Source: an uncultured virus (IMG/VR IMGVR_UViG_2061766007_000765) (taxonomy: Duplodnaviria; Heunggongvirae; Uroviricota; Caudoviricetes). From it: DNA of 64,000 nucleotides. The notes beneath the pieces are model-generated. The model saw nothing but the letters and a program-made list of their open reading frames with translations, was not told the DNA's origin and did no database searches. Below, in pieces: positions 33,062 through 42,698 of this stretch (position 1 is the stretch's first letter; each line of letters opens with the position of its first letter). The DNA lies in IMG/VR virus record IMGVR_UViG_2061766007_000765. The stretch is one strand, 5' to 3'. The position numbers were made by a program, and so were the translations under genes.

Positions 33062-33686
33062 TACTTTCCTCCAAGTACTTACCAAAATATTCTAACTCAC
33101 CTGCTTTGCGGGCCATAATTGCTAGTTCTTTAGTGTCCCAATTGCCTAGTGAAATATTCTTTCCTTGGAACTTGATGTAAGCTCTCCATTTACCTCTATC
33201 AGGCCTGTATCCTACACCAGTAACTCCGGAAGTGTTGTTTTTATTAACAGTAGCCTTATTGATCATTGGTAGATATGTACCATCCACTAAGTATTTAGAC
33301 AGACTTGACTTAATTCGTTCTCCAGAATCAGGTCGGCACCCACAGCTCTTAACATTTCCGCTTAGGATATATTTACCTTCGAGAAGCTTAACATTTCCGC
33401 AATCACATCTACATCTCCATACAGTTCTGTTGTTAATTACTTCACTGCCCTCTACAAACAGATGCCCAAATTGTTTGCCAGTTAATTCTCGCACATTACC
33501 TAAGTTTCGAGTGCATCCGCAAGATTTAGATTTTCCGCTCCTCAATTGATATCCCTCAACTTCCCGTTCTTTCCCGCAAAGCTTGCATTTACATTGGTAA
33601 TACAGCTTACCATTGCTATGCTTAATAGCTTGTCCTACTTCCCAATTATTAACGATAGAGTTAGAAATATCAATCCGTTTCATCAA
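33033..33686 (-). CDS. AP2-domain DNA-binding protein with two Zn-binding repeats
   Basis: Two (Y/W)xCxCx(1-2)CG...KSCGC repeats plus NNTSGVTGV...KWRAYI...ISLG.W...ELAIMARK AP2 domain. Confidence 0.85.
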   Translation of the reverse strand: MMKRIDISNSIVNNWEVGQAIKHSNGKLYYQCKCKLCGKEREVEGYQLRSGKSKSCGCTRNLGNVRELTGKQFGHLFVEGSEVINNRTVWRCRCDCGNVKLLEGKYILSGNVKSCGCRPDSGERIKSSLSKYLVDGTYLPMINKATVNKNNTSGVTGVGYRPDRGKWRAYIKFQGKNISLGNWDTKELAIMARKAGELEYFGKYLEESNVESRSDQM

Positions 33687-33708
33687 TATATCCTCCTGTT
33701 GATTTGAA

Positions 33709-33987
33709 TTACTTTATCTCATCTAATGGGTCAGCCTCTTCATTGCTACTATTCTGCTCACTACATTCTACTTTCTGAGCAGCTTCCTTGACTTTCTTAG
33801 GCACCTTGGGGTCAATCTCAATTAGTCTTTCTAACATGTAGATAACATAATCTGGGGGCGTTGTGATGCCTTGTTCCCAGTTAGAAATATTAATTGCAGC
33901 AATTTGAAATAACATTCCAAATTTTTGCTGAGATAATCCTGTGTTTGCTCTTAATTCTTTCAGTCTGAATCTAAAATCCTCATTCAT
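33709..33987 (-). CDS. XRE-family HTH regulator
   Basis: LKELRANTGLSQQKFG...ISNWEQG..TPP. Confidence 0.9.
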   Translation of the reverse strand: MNEDFRFRLKELRANTGLSQQKFGMLFQIAAINISNWEQGITTPPDYVIYMLERLIEIDPKVPKKVKEAAQKVECSEQNSSNEEADPLDEIK

Positions 33988-34067
33988 TTCAGTGTCCTCC
34001 TATAAATGAAAGTTAATACAAATGATTGCTAGTTACAGCGGAATCATTAGTTTAATAGTACAATTAT

Positions 34068-34096
34068 ATTATATGTTACAATAATGAATTTGTCAA
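34068..34096 (-). promoter_or_regulatory. consensus sigmaA promoter
   Basis: TTGACA-17 bp-TATAAT on the minus strand upstream of the XRE gene. Confidence 0.85.
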
Positions 34097-34124
34097 GTAC
34101 TAAATCATAATTGAAAAGGATAGA

Positions 34125-34153
34125 ATAAGGCAGACGTAAATTGCCTGCCTTAT
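34125..34153 (-). terminator. rho-independent terminator
   Basis: ATAAGGCAGAC-gtaaatt-GCCTGCCTTAT hairpin. Confidence 0.7.
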
Positions 34154-34169
34154 CTATAATTTTTCTTAT

Positions 34170-34992
34170 TGCTTAATCTTTCGACTCATCGTCTTCATAT
34201 ATTGATTCTTCGTCTCAATCCTCTTCTCACAAATTTTATAATTCTTGTCCAGTGGTTAAATNNNNNNNNNNNNNNNNNNNNNNNNNNNNNNNNNNNNNNN
34301 NNNNNNNNNNNNNNNNNNNNNNNNNNNNNNNNNNNNNNNNNNNNNNNNNNNNNNNNNNNNNNNNNNNNNNNNNNNNNNNNNNNNNNNNNNNNNNNNNNNN
34401 NNNNNNNNNNNNNNNNNNNNNNNNNNNNNNNNNNNNNNNNNNNNNNNNNNNNNNNNNNNNNNNNNNNNNNNNNNNNNNNNNNNNNNNNNNNNNNNNNNNN
34501 NNNNNNNNNNNNNNNNNNNNNNNNNNNNNNNNNNNNNNNNNNNNNNNNNNNNNNNNNNNNNNNNNNNNNNNNNNNNNNNNNNNNNNNNNNNNNNNNNNNN
34601 NNNNNNNNNNNNNNNNNNNNNNNNNNCATAGTATATTCTTCATCATCTCCGAACATATTGAATTCTTCAGCCTTCAATTCATAATTGTGTTTTGTTGTAT
34701 CGATACCTGCATCGTTCAACATATTTATTAATTCTCTATCTGTAAAAGAATTAGCTTTTTGAGGGTTCTTTGCAGGCTTTACAGGCATAGACCTGCTTAA
34801 CTCCCTTGCAATCTCAGCAAGGCTACGTCCAGACATAAGACCCTCTTGAGCTCGTTCCATCTGCCTGTCATCAAACTTCGGATCGGCATAGACAGAAACA
34901 TCAACTCCCGATTCAAGACCTTTTTTGATCTGTTTCTGCTCATCTTCGTTAAATTGATTTAAATCATAACTAGAATAAACATATCTTTTCAT
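34170..34992 (-). CDS. hypothetical protein (MKRYVYSS N-terminus)
   Basis: QIKKGLESGVDVSVYADPKFDDRQM repeat unit; large gap inside; end approximate. Confidence 0.55.
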
Positions 34993-35044
34993 ATTTTTTT
35001 ATCCTTTCATATTTTTATCCTTTAATTTTANNNNNNNNNNAGAA

Positions 35045-35461
35045 TTTAAAAAGAAATCCTTGAACTTCTTCAGCTGTCCCAGAACAATGAATCATTCGTT
35101 TCATTCTTCGTCTTCATCTTCGTCATCATCAGAGTCGTCGTAGCTAACGACTTCAGCGGACNNNNNNNNNNNNNGCAGCATCAATAGCTTCTTCCTGAGA
35201 ATCTGCATATACTGTGTAAATTTCTTCTACACCAATGAACCCAGCAAATCCAACAGATACTTCCCATTCGTCATCTTCAACCTGTGTTTCATCAACTGTT
35301 TCTAAATCATCCTTAGCCATTTCGATTGCTTCAAACTCTGCGTTTTCGGCACTATCAGCAAATACGGTATAAGTTTCGTCCGCACCAATGTATCCAGCGA
35401 AATTAACTAATACTTCGTACTCCTGCATATCAGATGCTTTGATTTGTTTTGTTACCTTCAT
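35045..35461 (-). CDS. acidic hypothetical protein with internal duplication
   Basis: YEVLVNFAGYIGADETYTVFADS / WEVSVGFAGFIGVEEIYTVYADS repeat; MKVTKQIKAS N-terminus; end approximate. Confidence 0.65.
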
Positions 35462-35667
35462 TATTCACACCCACCTTTCAGTTCGAGCAATACTACGCCT
35501 AAATTAGCAATAGAATCCTTTGCAAGCTCGTCGTCTCTTGCAACTTCGGCTAATGACTCAATTGCTGCGGAAACTAGCTCAATTGCGTTTGCGTATTTGC
35601 AAGTGCTAACAGCAGCTACTTCTAAATTTGTGTTAGCTGTCACATTCTGTTTCTTAGAAATTTTCAT
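35461..35667 (-). CDS. small hypothetical protein
   Basis: MKISKKQNVTAN...; translationally coupled. Confidence 0.7.
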   Translation of the reverse strand: MKISKKQNVTANTNLEVAAVSTCKYANAIELVSAAIESLAEVARDDELAKDSIANLGVVLLELKGGCE

Positions 35668-35668
35668 T

Positions 35669-36007
35669 TTAATCCTCCTTAGTAGTTAAAACCTTATCAT
35701 TATTAGGATTTACTTCATCTACCATGTTTAGCTTGACATACAATGCTATTTCTTCAGTGTTTATTAGATCTTGTATAGCAGCTACTGTTTCTGCAAGTAC
35801 ATTATCTGTTTTGCACACATCTCGTATGGATGCGTATAGCTTGCTAAAATCATCTTCTAATTTATCTAAATCTATAAATACAGCATAGATGTCAGCTTCA
35901 ACTTCTCCAAGCTGTTTAAGCACATCAAATGGCCATAAGTACATTCTTACAGCTTTATAGAAGTTTTCATAAGCGTTCATAAATTCACGAGATGAAATGT
36001 TAGTCAA
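35669..36007 (-). CDS. hypothetical protein
   Basis: 112-aa ORF in a coupled operon. Confidence 0.7.
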   Translation of the reverse strand: MTNISSREFMNAYENFYKAVRMYLWPFDVLKQLGEVEADIYAVFIDLDKLEDDFSKLYASIRDVCKTDNVLAETVAAIQDLINTEEIALYVKLNMVDEVNPNNDKVLTTKED

Positions 36008-36206
36008 ATGTCTTCAACTCCTCTGTTAATATATTTAATCCTGAAAGCAATTTCGGGGTATCTTCTATCATTTTATAACAATGTGAAGCCTGCAACAAGT
36101 CGTTATCCAATATGCTATCTTGAACTTGCTTAACATATTGTTGATAGTATTCAGAAAAATCTACATTAGGTAGCGTTCTAATGCATTGCTTAATATCATC
36201 TAGCAT
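36000..36206 (-). CDS. hypothetical protein
   Basis: 68-aa ORF in a coupled operon. Confidence 0.6.
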   Translation of the reverse strand: MLDDIKQCIRTLPNVDFSEYYQQYVKQVQDSILDNDLLQASHCYKMIEDTPKLLSGLNILTEELKTFD

Positions 36207-36522
36207 TTAGAATTGTCCTTATCTTACTAACTGTTTCTAAGTACTCTTTAGGAACTGCATTGAGTTTCTTCTTTTTGCATATGTAAACAAGATAGTACCA
36301 ATCGAGGGATTGCAATGCAAAGTTTATTTGATCCAATGTAGGAATCTTTATAGTTTCACCGCCTGCGTATTTAGCAAGAAGAAGGAGCTTTTCATGCCCT
36401 ATTATTGAAAATAATTCAGGAAGCCATGCAAATTCTTCTTCTGCATATAGTGGAAGCATTAACTCTAGCAAGCAATGAAAATCAGATGTCTGCGTTATGT
36501 CTAATTCGTTATTTTTGGACAT
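36196..36522 (-). CDS. Mor-family transcription activator-like protein
   Basis: ELFSIIGHEKLLLLAKYAGGETIKIP resembles the Mor dimerisation motif (IG.E....L...GG..IYIP). Confidence 0.55.
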   Translation of the reverse strand: MSKNNELDITQTSDFHCLLELMLPLYAEEEFAWLPELFSIIGHEKLLLLAKYAGGETIKIPTLDQINFALQSLDWYYLVYICKKKKLNAVPKEYLETVSKIRTILNAR

Positions 36523-36551
36523 AATAGCCTTCTTTCAATTAGTATTTAAGG

Positions 36552-37546
36552 TTACTCTCGCCTAGCATAGCATTCTTCAAATTCTTCTTTTGTTAAATCA
36601 TTTACGTCTTTACCTTCAGGTACAGTCATTGTCCATACGAATGCAAAATCAGACAATGCTTTCTTGAGTTTAGCTGTACCCCGATGACCTGCATCGTCAT
36701 TATCTAAGCATAACACAAAACTGTTTACACCTAGCTTCTTGAGCTGGTCAATTTCATGAGATGTACCTGTCCCAAATAATGCAACAGCGGGTCTACCATA
36801 CACTACAGATGTAAGCGCATTAAATACAGATTCACATACTAACACTTCTTTAGTACCTTTGGGCAGTTCATATATACCGTAAACACTCTTTTCAATGTTC
36901 GCAGGTAAATTGAAATATTTACCTTCAATTGACCTTCTGCAGATAAACAGCACATTTCCGTTGGCATCTTTAACTGGAAACGTAACGCAAGGGAGGGGTT
37001 TCTTTCGTCCCGGTGGAATATGATGTGCATCGTATCCTACATCATATCGTTCAATTACAGCATCAGTGAGCTTCCTTTGATACATGTAAGGTACAGTGTA
37101 TCTATAAGAGGCTAATTCTTGTTCCGAAACAAATACTTGGTGAGTTTGCATCCTTAATTTCAAGCTATCAACTGCAAATTTGTTTATAACAGAAGCCATC
37201 ATGTTATCAGGAACTAATGAATCCATATTCGTTTGATCTAATGTTCCGTCTAAATATGGCTTTAGTTCAGGAATTGATTCAATAGATACTCCTTTAGAAT
37301 TAAGAATTTCTTGTATACCTTTAGTAAAAGAATGTGAAGCTTGACAACTAANNNNNNNNNNNNNNNNNNNNNNNNNNNNNNNNNNNNNNNNCTTGCAAAG
37401 AGCATCCACAAGACGGTTTTCTCTCTTGTCCATTACTATGAAATGGACAATACATCTGATACCAATTACCAATAGGTTTAACTAATCGTACAAGCTTCTT
37501 TGCTTCTAGTATCTTAAGTGCAGTTTCTACATCGTTACGAGTCAGC
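36552..37546 (-). CDS. DNA primase (CHC2 Zn finger + Toprim)
   Basis: Hand-read YCPFHSNGQERKPSCG...SCQ Zn finger; VCESVFNAL, ALFGT and CLDNDDAGHRG Toprim motifs; KDVNDL. Confidence 0.92.
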
Positions 37547-37716
37547 NNNNNNNNNNNNNNNNNNNNNNNNNNNNNNNNNNNNNNNNNNNNNNNNNNNNNN
37601 NNNNNNNNNNNNNNNNNNNNNNNNNNNNNNNNNNNNNNNNNNNNNNNNNNNNNNNNNNNNNNNNNNNNNNNNNNNNNNNNNNNNNNNNNNNNNNNNNNNN
37701 NNNNNNNNNNNNNNNN

Positions 37717-38925
37717 ACCCCAATTTCTTCCAACGATATGGATAATTGATTTTTGGCTGCTTCTAAATCAGGGAAAATAATTGTCTTAGAACGAAGTCGT
37801 CTTTTAAAAATATATTGATTAGAGAATTCCCATCCTCTGCGACCAATCTCAATAGATGCAAGGCACTCATCGGGCAGGTATTCTTGCCTGAAAAGCAAGT
37901 TCCCTACATAACTGTTGTATTGGGGCTGAACTTCAACTAAAGTTGTAGAGCTTGCATTGATTCTTTTACGAATCTGATTAATAAGTAAATTGCGATTCCA
38001 CTGATTATTAACTAATCTGTTATATCCCCTTCCAATTTTATTGTCTATATTTGGAATGTTCAAATCTTCAATAGCAAATATCTCACAGCGGTAATGCTTG
38101 CATAATTCAAAAAGTTTCTTCGAAATTTCAATAACTTCATGATTTCGCTTATGCGTAACATATTTATGTAAGTCTGAATTTGACGAAACAGAATTAGCAT
38201 TCCTGTAATCATTTAGAGGCTTTAAACTAAATGTCCCCGATTGAATTGTATTATGAGTGACCCCATGAGTCCAATCAACAACTGATCACCCTATACTGTT
38301 AGGATTCAAGTCAATTGCAAACGCTCGGTTTGGTTTAACTTTATACGAAAACTGCTTAATGAGATTATAATTAAATGTCAAATAGACATAGTTAAGATCT
38401 ATTCTATAAGTAATTGCAACTTGTTTGCTATTTTGCAATTCAATAAGTTTTTCGATATACTTTGTTCTGTTGTGTCCTATGTCGATTAACTGTAACAAAT
38501 ATGCTTGCTTATTTATTGAAAATAAAATCTGATTGTTAGCAACAAACCTAATCATTCGATTACCTCGTTGATTAGCTTCTCCAATGCTATATATAGGGGC
38601 TAACCTAGCAATACTGAATTCTGTTTTGTTAACTTTATGTAAGCAACGATCAATAAATAATTTCTTTCCGCCGAAAATAGCATGACCATCAGGGTTAGCT
38701 TTAAGCATCGCTTTAGCTTCGTGTTCAGCAGATGTTCTTAACCAAGAATTCATCTGATCGCAATTATTCAACGATTTTTGCAGCGAATTCAGCTCTTGAA
38801 AAGTCAGTTTCTGTTCTGCAAGTCTATTGTACGTAAATCGCAACAATGAGTTATACTGTTTTATCAAAGGTAATAAGGATTGTTCGCAATTATATTTAAT
38901 TTTCCAGGTTACTAGATTTCTTTCA
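37717..38925 (-). pseudogene. tnpB: IS607 TnpB (no CxxC finger) with one in-frame TGA
   Basis: RuvC-I AIDLNPNSIG*SVVDW (TGA 38286-38288), RuvC-II FAIEDL, VQPQYNS, RuvC-III LPDECLASIEIGRRG; frame otherwise open. Confidence 0.8.
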
Positions 38926-39330
38926 TTTTCTAATTCTTTGCGGATTTTGTTTAATTTCCTACGATGTGAATATGATTTCATTGTAAAATAATGGATAACG
39001 GAAATCAGGTCATTAGTTAACTCTTGTTCATAAGTCTTGTTCTCNNNNNNNNNNNNNNNNNAAATATTTGAAAAATTTTTCAACCATATCAACCCCAAAC
39101 CGAACAAGCCCATCTTTATTTTCTACTATCAAGGTTTCGACTTCCCTCCGAAAAATCATCTGGCATATCTTATCCAGATTTTTTCGATCTGAAGACATTC
39201 CAGAACAGAACCTATGTCTTCAAATTGTCCATCCAATTGAATACCCCTCGAGACGCAGCTTTCATAAATCCGCTGAGTCTGTTCTTTTAATTGATTGCGT
39301 TGTTCATAAGTAGAAACTCTAGAAAAGGTG
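38920..39330 (-). pseudogene. tnpA: IS607 TnpA serine recombinase remnant
   Basis: FSRVST...EDIGS|GM...ENKDGLVRFG...ELTNDLISVIHYF..KSY; HTH missing, 5-bp duplication frameshift at 39202-39211, DRL->DGL. Confidence 0.8.
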
Positions 39331-39345
39331 AATTCATATTGATAC

Positions 39346-40260
39346 TTAAGCAGCTAGTCTTTTATAGAAGCTATCAACAAATGGATGACCTTGAATAACT
39401 TGTAACATCCTGTTACTTTCAAAATTTTTTGTTTTCCTTGCGGGTTCGTTATGATCGGCATAATCAGTCGCAGCCATTAATGCAGCATAAGCAGTCCCTC
39501 TGAAATCAACTATATCATCAGCGCGTAATCTTGCAAAGTATGATTCCTTGATATTAGTCAATGTCTGTTTCTGTCTATCTGATGCATCTAGAGGTAATTG
39601 ATACATGTCATCAAGTATCTGATTAATAGCCGTATCTGTTATCTTTATGCTAGCTAACTTCTCAGCTTCACCCTTCAGGGCCGTCGAATATCTGTCAATC
39701 AGTCCTAAAGTTACTTTTGCTTCATTTAATTTAGACTGAATATCTCCTGTATGTCTAGTTGACCACTTTCTTTTAGCTTCCTTGAGCGCTATATTTAATG
39801 TATTTTGACAAACGACCCTTGTATGGCAGCAACAGCATTGAATTGCTCCTGATCCATCAAACGTGTTAGTAAAACATACATAAGGTTCTAAGGCTTCCCC
39901 TAGTATAGTAGTTCTAGGGAGCTTTCCAAGTAAAAAGATTGTTTTGCCTTCCCTAAGCGAACCTGCAGATTCATAAACTAAACCTTCACCTGTAAGTGAA
40001 TCTGTGAATGCAAATGCTTCAATATTCTGAACAATTTCGTATCTTCCGGAAACTACACCAAGAACTGATCCGTCTTTATCTCGAGTGTTTGCAAAATAGT
40101 TTTCAATCTGCTTACCAGAAGCATCAAATATAGGTTTCTTCTCTACCGTCCAATCAAGACCGGCTGCTACAATAGCATCCTCTGATGTCGGACTTTCGGG
40201 TAAAATAGTTCNNNNNNNNNNNNNNNNNNNNNNNNNNNNNNNNNNNNNNNNNNNNNNNNN
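39346..40260 (-). CDS. DUF932/DUF945-family protein
   Basis: AIVAAGLDWTV, VLGVVSGRYEIVQN, YESAGSLREGK, NTFDGSG, RVVCQNTL, RHTG; start lies in a gap. Confidence 0.85.
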   Translation of the reverse strand, partial: XXXXXXXXXXXXXXXXXTILPESPTSEDAIVAAGLDWTVEKKPIFDASGKQIENYFANTRDKDGSVLGVVSGRYEIVQNIEAFAFTDSLTGEGLVYESAGSLREGKTIFLLGKLPRTTILGEALEPYVCFTNTFDGSGAIQCCCCHTRVVCQNTLNIALKEAKRKWSTRHTGDIQSKLNEAKVTLGLIDRYSTALKGEAEKLASIKITDTAINQILDDMYQLPLDASDRQKQTLTNIKESYFARLRADDIVDFRGTAYAALMAATDYADHNEPARKTKNFESNRMLQVIQGHPFVDSFYKRLAA

Positions 40261-40498
40261 NNNNNNNNNNNNNNNNNNNNNNNNNNNNNNNNNNNNNNNN
40301 NNNNNNNNNNNNNNNNNNNNNNNNNNNNNNNNNNNNNNNNNNNNNNNNNNNNNNNNNNNNNNNNNNNNNNNNNNNNNNNNNNNNNNTGTAAACAAATATT
40401 GGAAACCACTATATTCTCTCTTTAGTTCCCGTTTTTGCTGTTCTAGGGATTTGGTGTAGTCTCTCAAAACGTGAAAAATTTGCATCTATAGCCTCCTC

Positions 40499-40996
40499 TC
40501 ACATCTGCAATAACCTCCTGAATGTTTCTATTGTANNNNNNNNNNNNNNNNNNNNNNNNNNNNNNNNNNNNNNNNNNNNNNNNNNNNAGCTATGATCAAT
40601 TACTGTATCATTATCTCCAAGGACGAAACAGTCGTCACTAAAGTCACTGCAGCTGTTTTCTCTTACTATCTTTGAGATTGCTTTTCTATTTTTGTAAACG
40701 TATTCAGGGGCAATAGCTGCAAGGCTAATATCTGGTCGAAGACACGGGTTTGTAGCTAATAGTGGAATATTGTATTGAGTGCTCAGTAACTTACCGAAAA
40801 ACGAGCCATATGAAGTAGCTACAATCTGTGTAATATCGTTTTCACTAACTAGCTTAGAAAGTTTCTTATAAGTTTCTTCTATTGTTTCAGCTTCGTAATC
40901 AAGTTGAGGACTGATTACACTACATCCTAATTCAGTTAAGATAGAATAATTGGTATTGGTTGATTTTCCTGCAAATCCATGAATGTTTAAAATCAT
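40499..40996 (-). CDS. YqiA/YcfP-family alpha/beta hydrolase (esterase-like)
   Basis: IHGFAG oxyanion motif, ATSYG nucleophile elbow, TNPCLRP, GDNDTVIDH. Confidence 0.8.
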   Translation of the reverse strand: MILNIHGFAGKSTNTNYSILTELGCSVISPQLDYEAETIEETYKKLSKLVSENDITQIVATSYGSFFGKLLSTQYNIPLLATNPCLRPDISLAAIAPEYVYKNRKAISKIVRENSCSDFSDDCFVLGDNDTVIDHSXXXXXXXXXXXXXXXXXXTIETFRRLLQM

Positions 40997-41033
40997 GATT
41001 GACCTCCCTGACTATATCCTATAGTACAATTAT

Positions 41034-41062
41034 ATTATATAATATAAACCTAGAAAAGTCAA
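41034..41062 (-). promoter_or_regulatory. early sigmaA promoter
   Basis: TTGACT-17 bp-TATAAT. Confidence 0.8.
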
Positions 41063-41646
41063 GTGGAAATTAACGTATGCAACAATGGATCTTTTGAAAG
41101 TTCTGATTTANNNNNNNNNNNNNNNNNNNNNNNNNNNNNNNNNNNNNNNNNNNNNNNNNNNNNNNNNNNNNNNNNNNNNNNNNNNNNNNNNNNNNNNNNN
41201 NNNATCAATCCGCTTGAGTCGGTGATCCATGTATCGCTATCGGCTTCGCTTGGAAGGTTATCGAAGACAAGCCTAGAAACGCAAACAATTACTTCAATAT
41301 TATTAGCATTAACAAAGGAAACCAATTCATCATTGAATCGCATCCTATTTTCGGCAACAATCTGTTTAGCAGGATTGCTTTTACCTATGTAGCAAAATCT
41401 GTCAATGTAATTTCCGAAGTAAATTTGGTTGTATAGATTGGTCGCTGTACTTCGCGAATATCCAAAACACTTAGCTATTTTTGTGAACAGTTTAGTCTTT
41501 AGTTGCTGCCCTTCCAGGTATTCTTCTATCACATTTGACGTAGGATAGTCAACAGGTTGTCCAATCTTATCAACGGAGCTATAATGTGATTCAGCTAAAA
41601 TAAGGACAGGCTTTGCATGCTTGCCTTTCCAAACTCCTTTATTCAT
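41059..41646 (-). CDS. uracil-DNA glycosylase-superfamily-like protein
   Basis: VLILAESHY N-terminal motif, FGNYI, VIVCVSRLVF. Confidence 0.5.
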   Translation of the reverse strand: MNKGVWKGKHAKPVLILAESHYSSVDKIGQPVDYPTSNVIEEYLEGQQLKTKLFTKIAKCFGYSRSTATNLYNQIYFGNYIDRFCYIGKSNPAKQIVAENRMRFNDELVSFVNANNIEVIVCVSRLVFDNLPSEADSDTWITDSSGLXXXXXXXXXXXXXXXXXXXXXXXXXXXXXXXXKSELSKDPLLHTLIST

Positions 41647-41715
41647 TCTCCCTCCTAAATCTATGATCTGCTGACCCTAACATCAAATTACTGCTGAAGT
41701 TAGTTGTGCAAATTG

Positions 41716-41925
41716 TTATAATCGTCTTTTCACTCGTTTTCCGTCAAGTAAGACTTGGACGTTGCCGCGGTATTCTCCTGAAGCCCTGATTTCGCTATAT
41801 TTGATCTCCTTGAAATCCTTCCTTTCGAGCATCTCTTTGATGTTAAGGTCACGTTCTTTAGCGCTATCGCAGTTGAAAGCATCTTCAAATCCATCGTTCC
41901 AAGTAAAGTAAACTGCGTATCTCAT
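41716..41925 (-). CDS. hypothetical early protein
   Basis: 69 aa; GGAGGAGG RBS. Confidence 0.7.
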   Translation of the reverse strand: MRYAVYFTWNDGFEDAFNCDSAKERDLNIKEMLERKDFKEIKYSEIRASGEYRGNVQVLLDGKRVKRRL

Positions 41926-42251
41926 ATTTCCTCCTCCTTTTCGTCATCGAAATGAGTTACTGCATCTAAGCCCCACTGTAGATAGCATCTGAAATCGTGC
42001 ATAAGCTGTTCGTGTTCAATTCTATGCCAGGTATCGTATTCGCTTATCTTAACGATGTCCCATCTGTCTTCGAGCATTGTAAAGAACTCATCCATCATCA
42101 TTTCAAGAAACTCATTGTTGTGAGTTGCAATTTGCCCTAGTCGACGAGCTTGTTCTCGTATGCTTTCTCTAACGAGTACATGGCCTTCTTTAGGAATTAC
42201 ATTTTCAAGATCGTGATTAATGCCGTTGACATATTGCTCTATCTTTGTCAT
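41922..42251 (-). CDS. hypothetical early protein
   Basis: 109 aa; AGGAGG RBS. Confidence 0.7.
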   Translation of the reverse strand: MTKIEQYVNGINHDLENVIPKEGHVLVRESIREQARRLGQIATHNNEFLEMMMDEFFTMLEDRWDIVKISEYDTWHRIEHEQLMHDFRCYLQWGLDAVTHFDDEKEEEI

Positions 42252-42337
42252 CCGCGTGCCTCCTAATTGGGAAAGTACTGTTCGAACAGATCGTTCGGAT
42301 CAGCTCTAAGCCCATAAAAGAAATATATTATGTGATG

Positions 42338-42520
42338 CTAAAAATGAAATACGTTTGAGATATTTCTATCGAAGAATTGCTGTTCTTCTTTACTAAGCTT
42401 CGTGCGTATGGTGTACGCTCCTTTTGTTGATACCCTGTAAACTCTGTACTCAAACCGCACTGTATGATTCCTATTTTCGAAAAAGTGTCGTTCAATTCTA
42501 ATAAGGTCATTCATAGTCAT
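42338..42520 (-). CDS. hypothetical early protein
   Basis: MTMNDLIRIERHFF..., GGAGG RBS directly after a promoter. Confidence 0.65.
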   Translation of the reverse strand: MTMNDLIRIERHFFENRNHTVRFEYRVYRVSTKGAYTIRTKLSKEEQQFFDRNISNVFHF

Positions 42521-42599
42521 AAGCGCCCTCCATTGTGCAGTAATATACCTGTTATTTATTACAATTATATTGTATGATATAATTCTAGAAAAGTCAAGT
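42518..42599 (-). repeat. promoter-RBS cassette repeat, copy 1 (TTGACT-17-TACAAT)
   Basis: Near-identical to 44702-44779. Confidence 0.85.
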
Positions 42600-42627
42600 G
42601 GAATTTTTTCGTATATTGCAAACAAAG

Positions 42628-42662
42628 AAAAAGGTCTGAAAACTGGTTAAGTTTCAGACCTG
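42628..42662 (-). terminator. rho-independent terminator
   Basis: AGGTCTGAAA-actggttaag-TTTCAGACCT with adjacent A run. Confidence 0.75.
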
Positions 42663-42698
42663 AATTTTTGATTCCTTATTATAGAACTTATTAATACC

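Larger units (their letters stand above)
37547..39340 (-). mobile_element. degenerate IS607-family element (tnpA remnant + tnpB)
   Basis: Serine-recombinase tnpA followed by a RuvC TnpB, inserted between the DUF932 gene and primase. Confidence 0.8.

Noticed and set aside
38286..38288. Genome-wide stop-codon reassignment (TGA=Trp or TAG=Gln)
   Set aside because: The only clear in-frame stop is in a decaying IS element; core genes read through in code 11 and end in TAA, TAG and TGA
39346..40485. A single 379-aa ORF as given in the track
   Set aside because: The N-terminal MQIFHVLRD segment is probably a separate small gene joined to DUF932 only through the N gap
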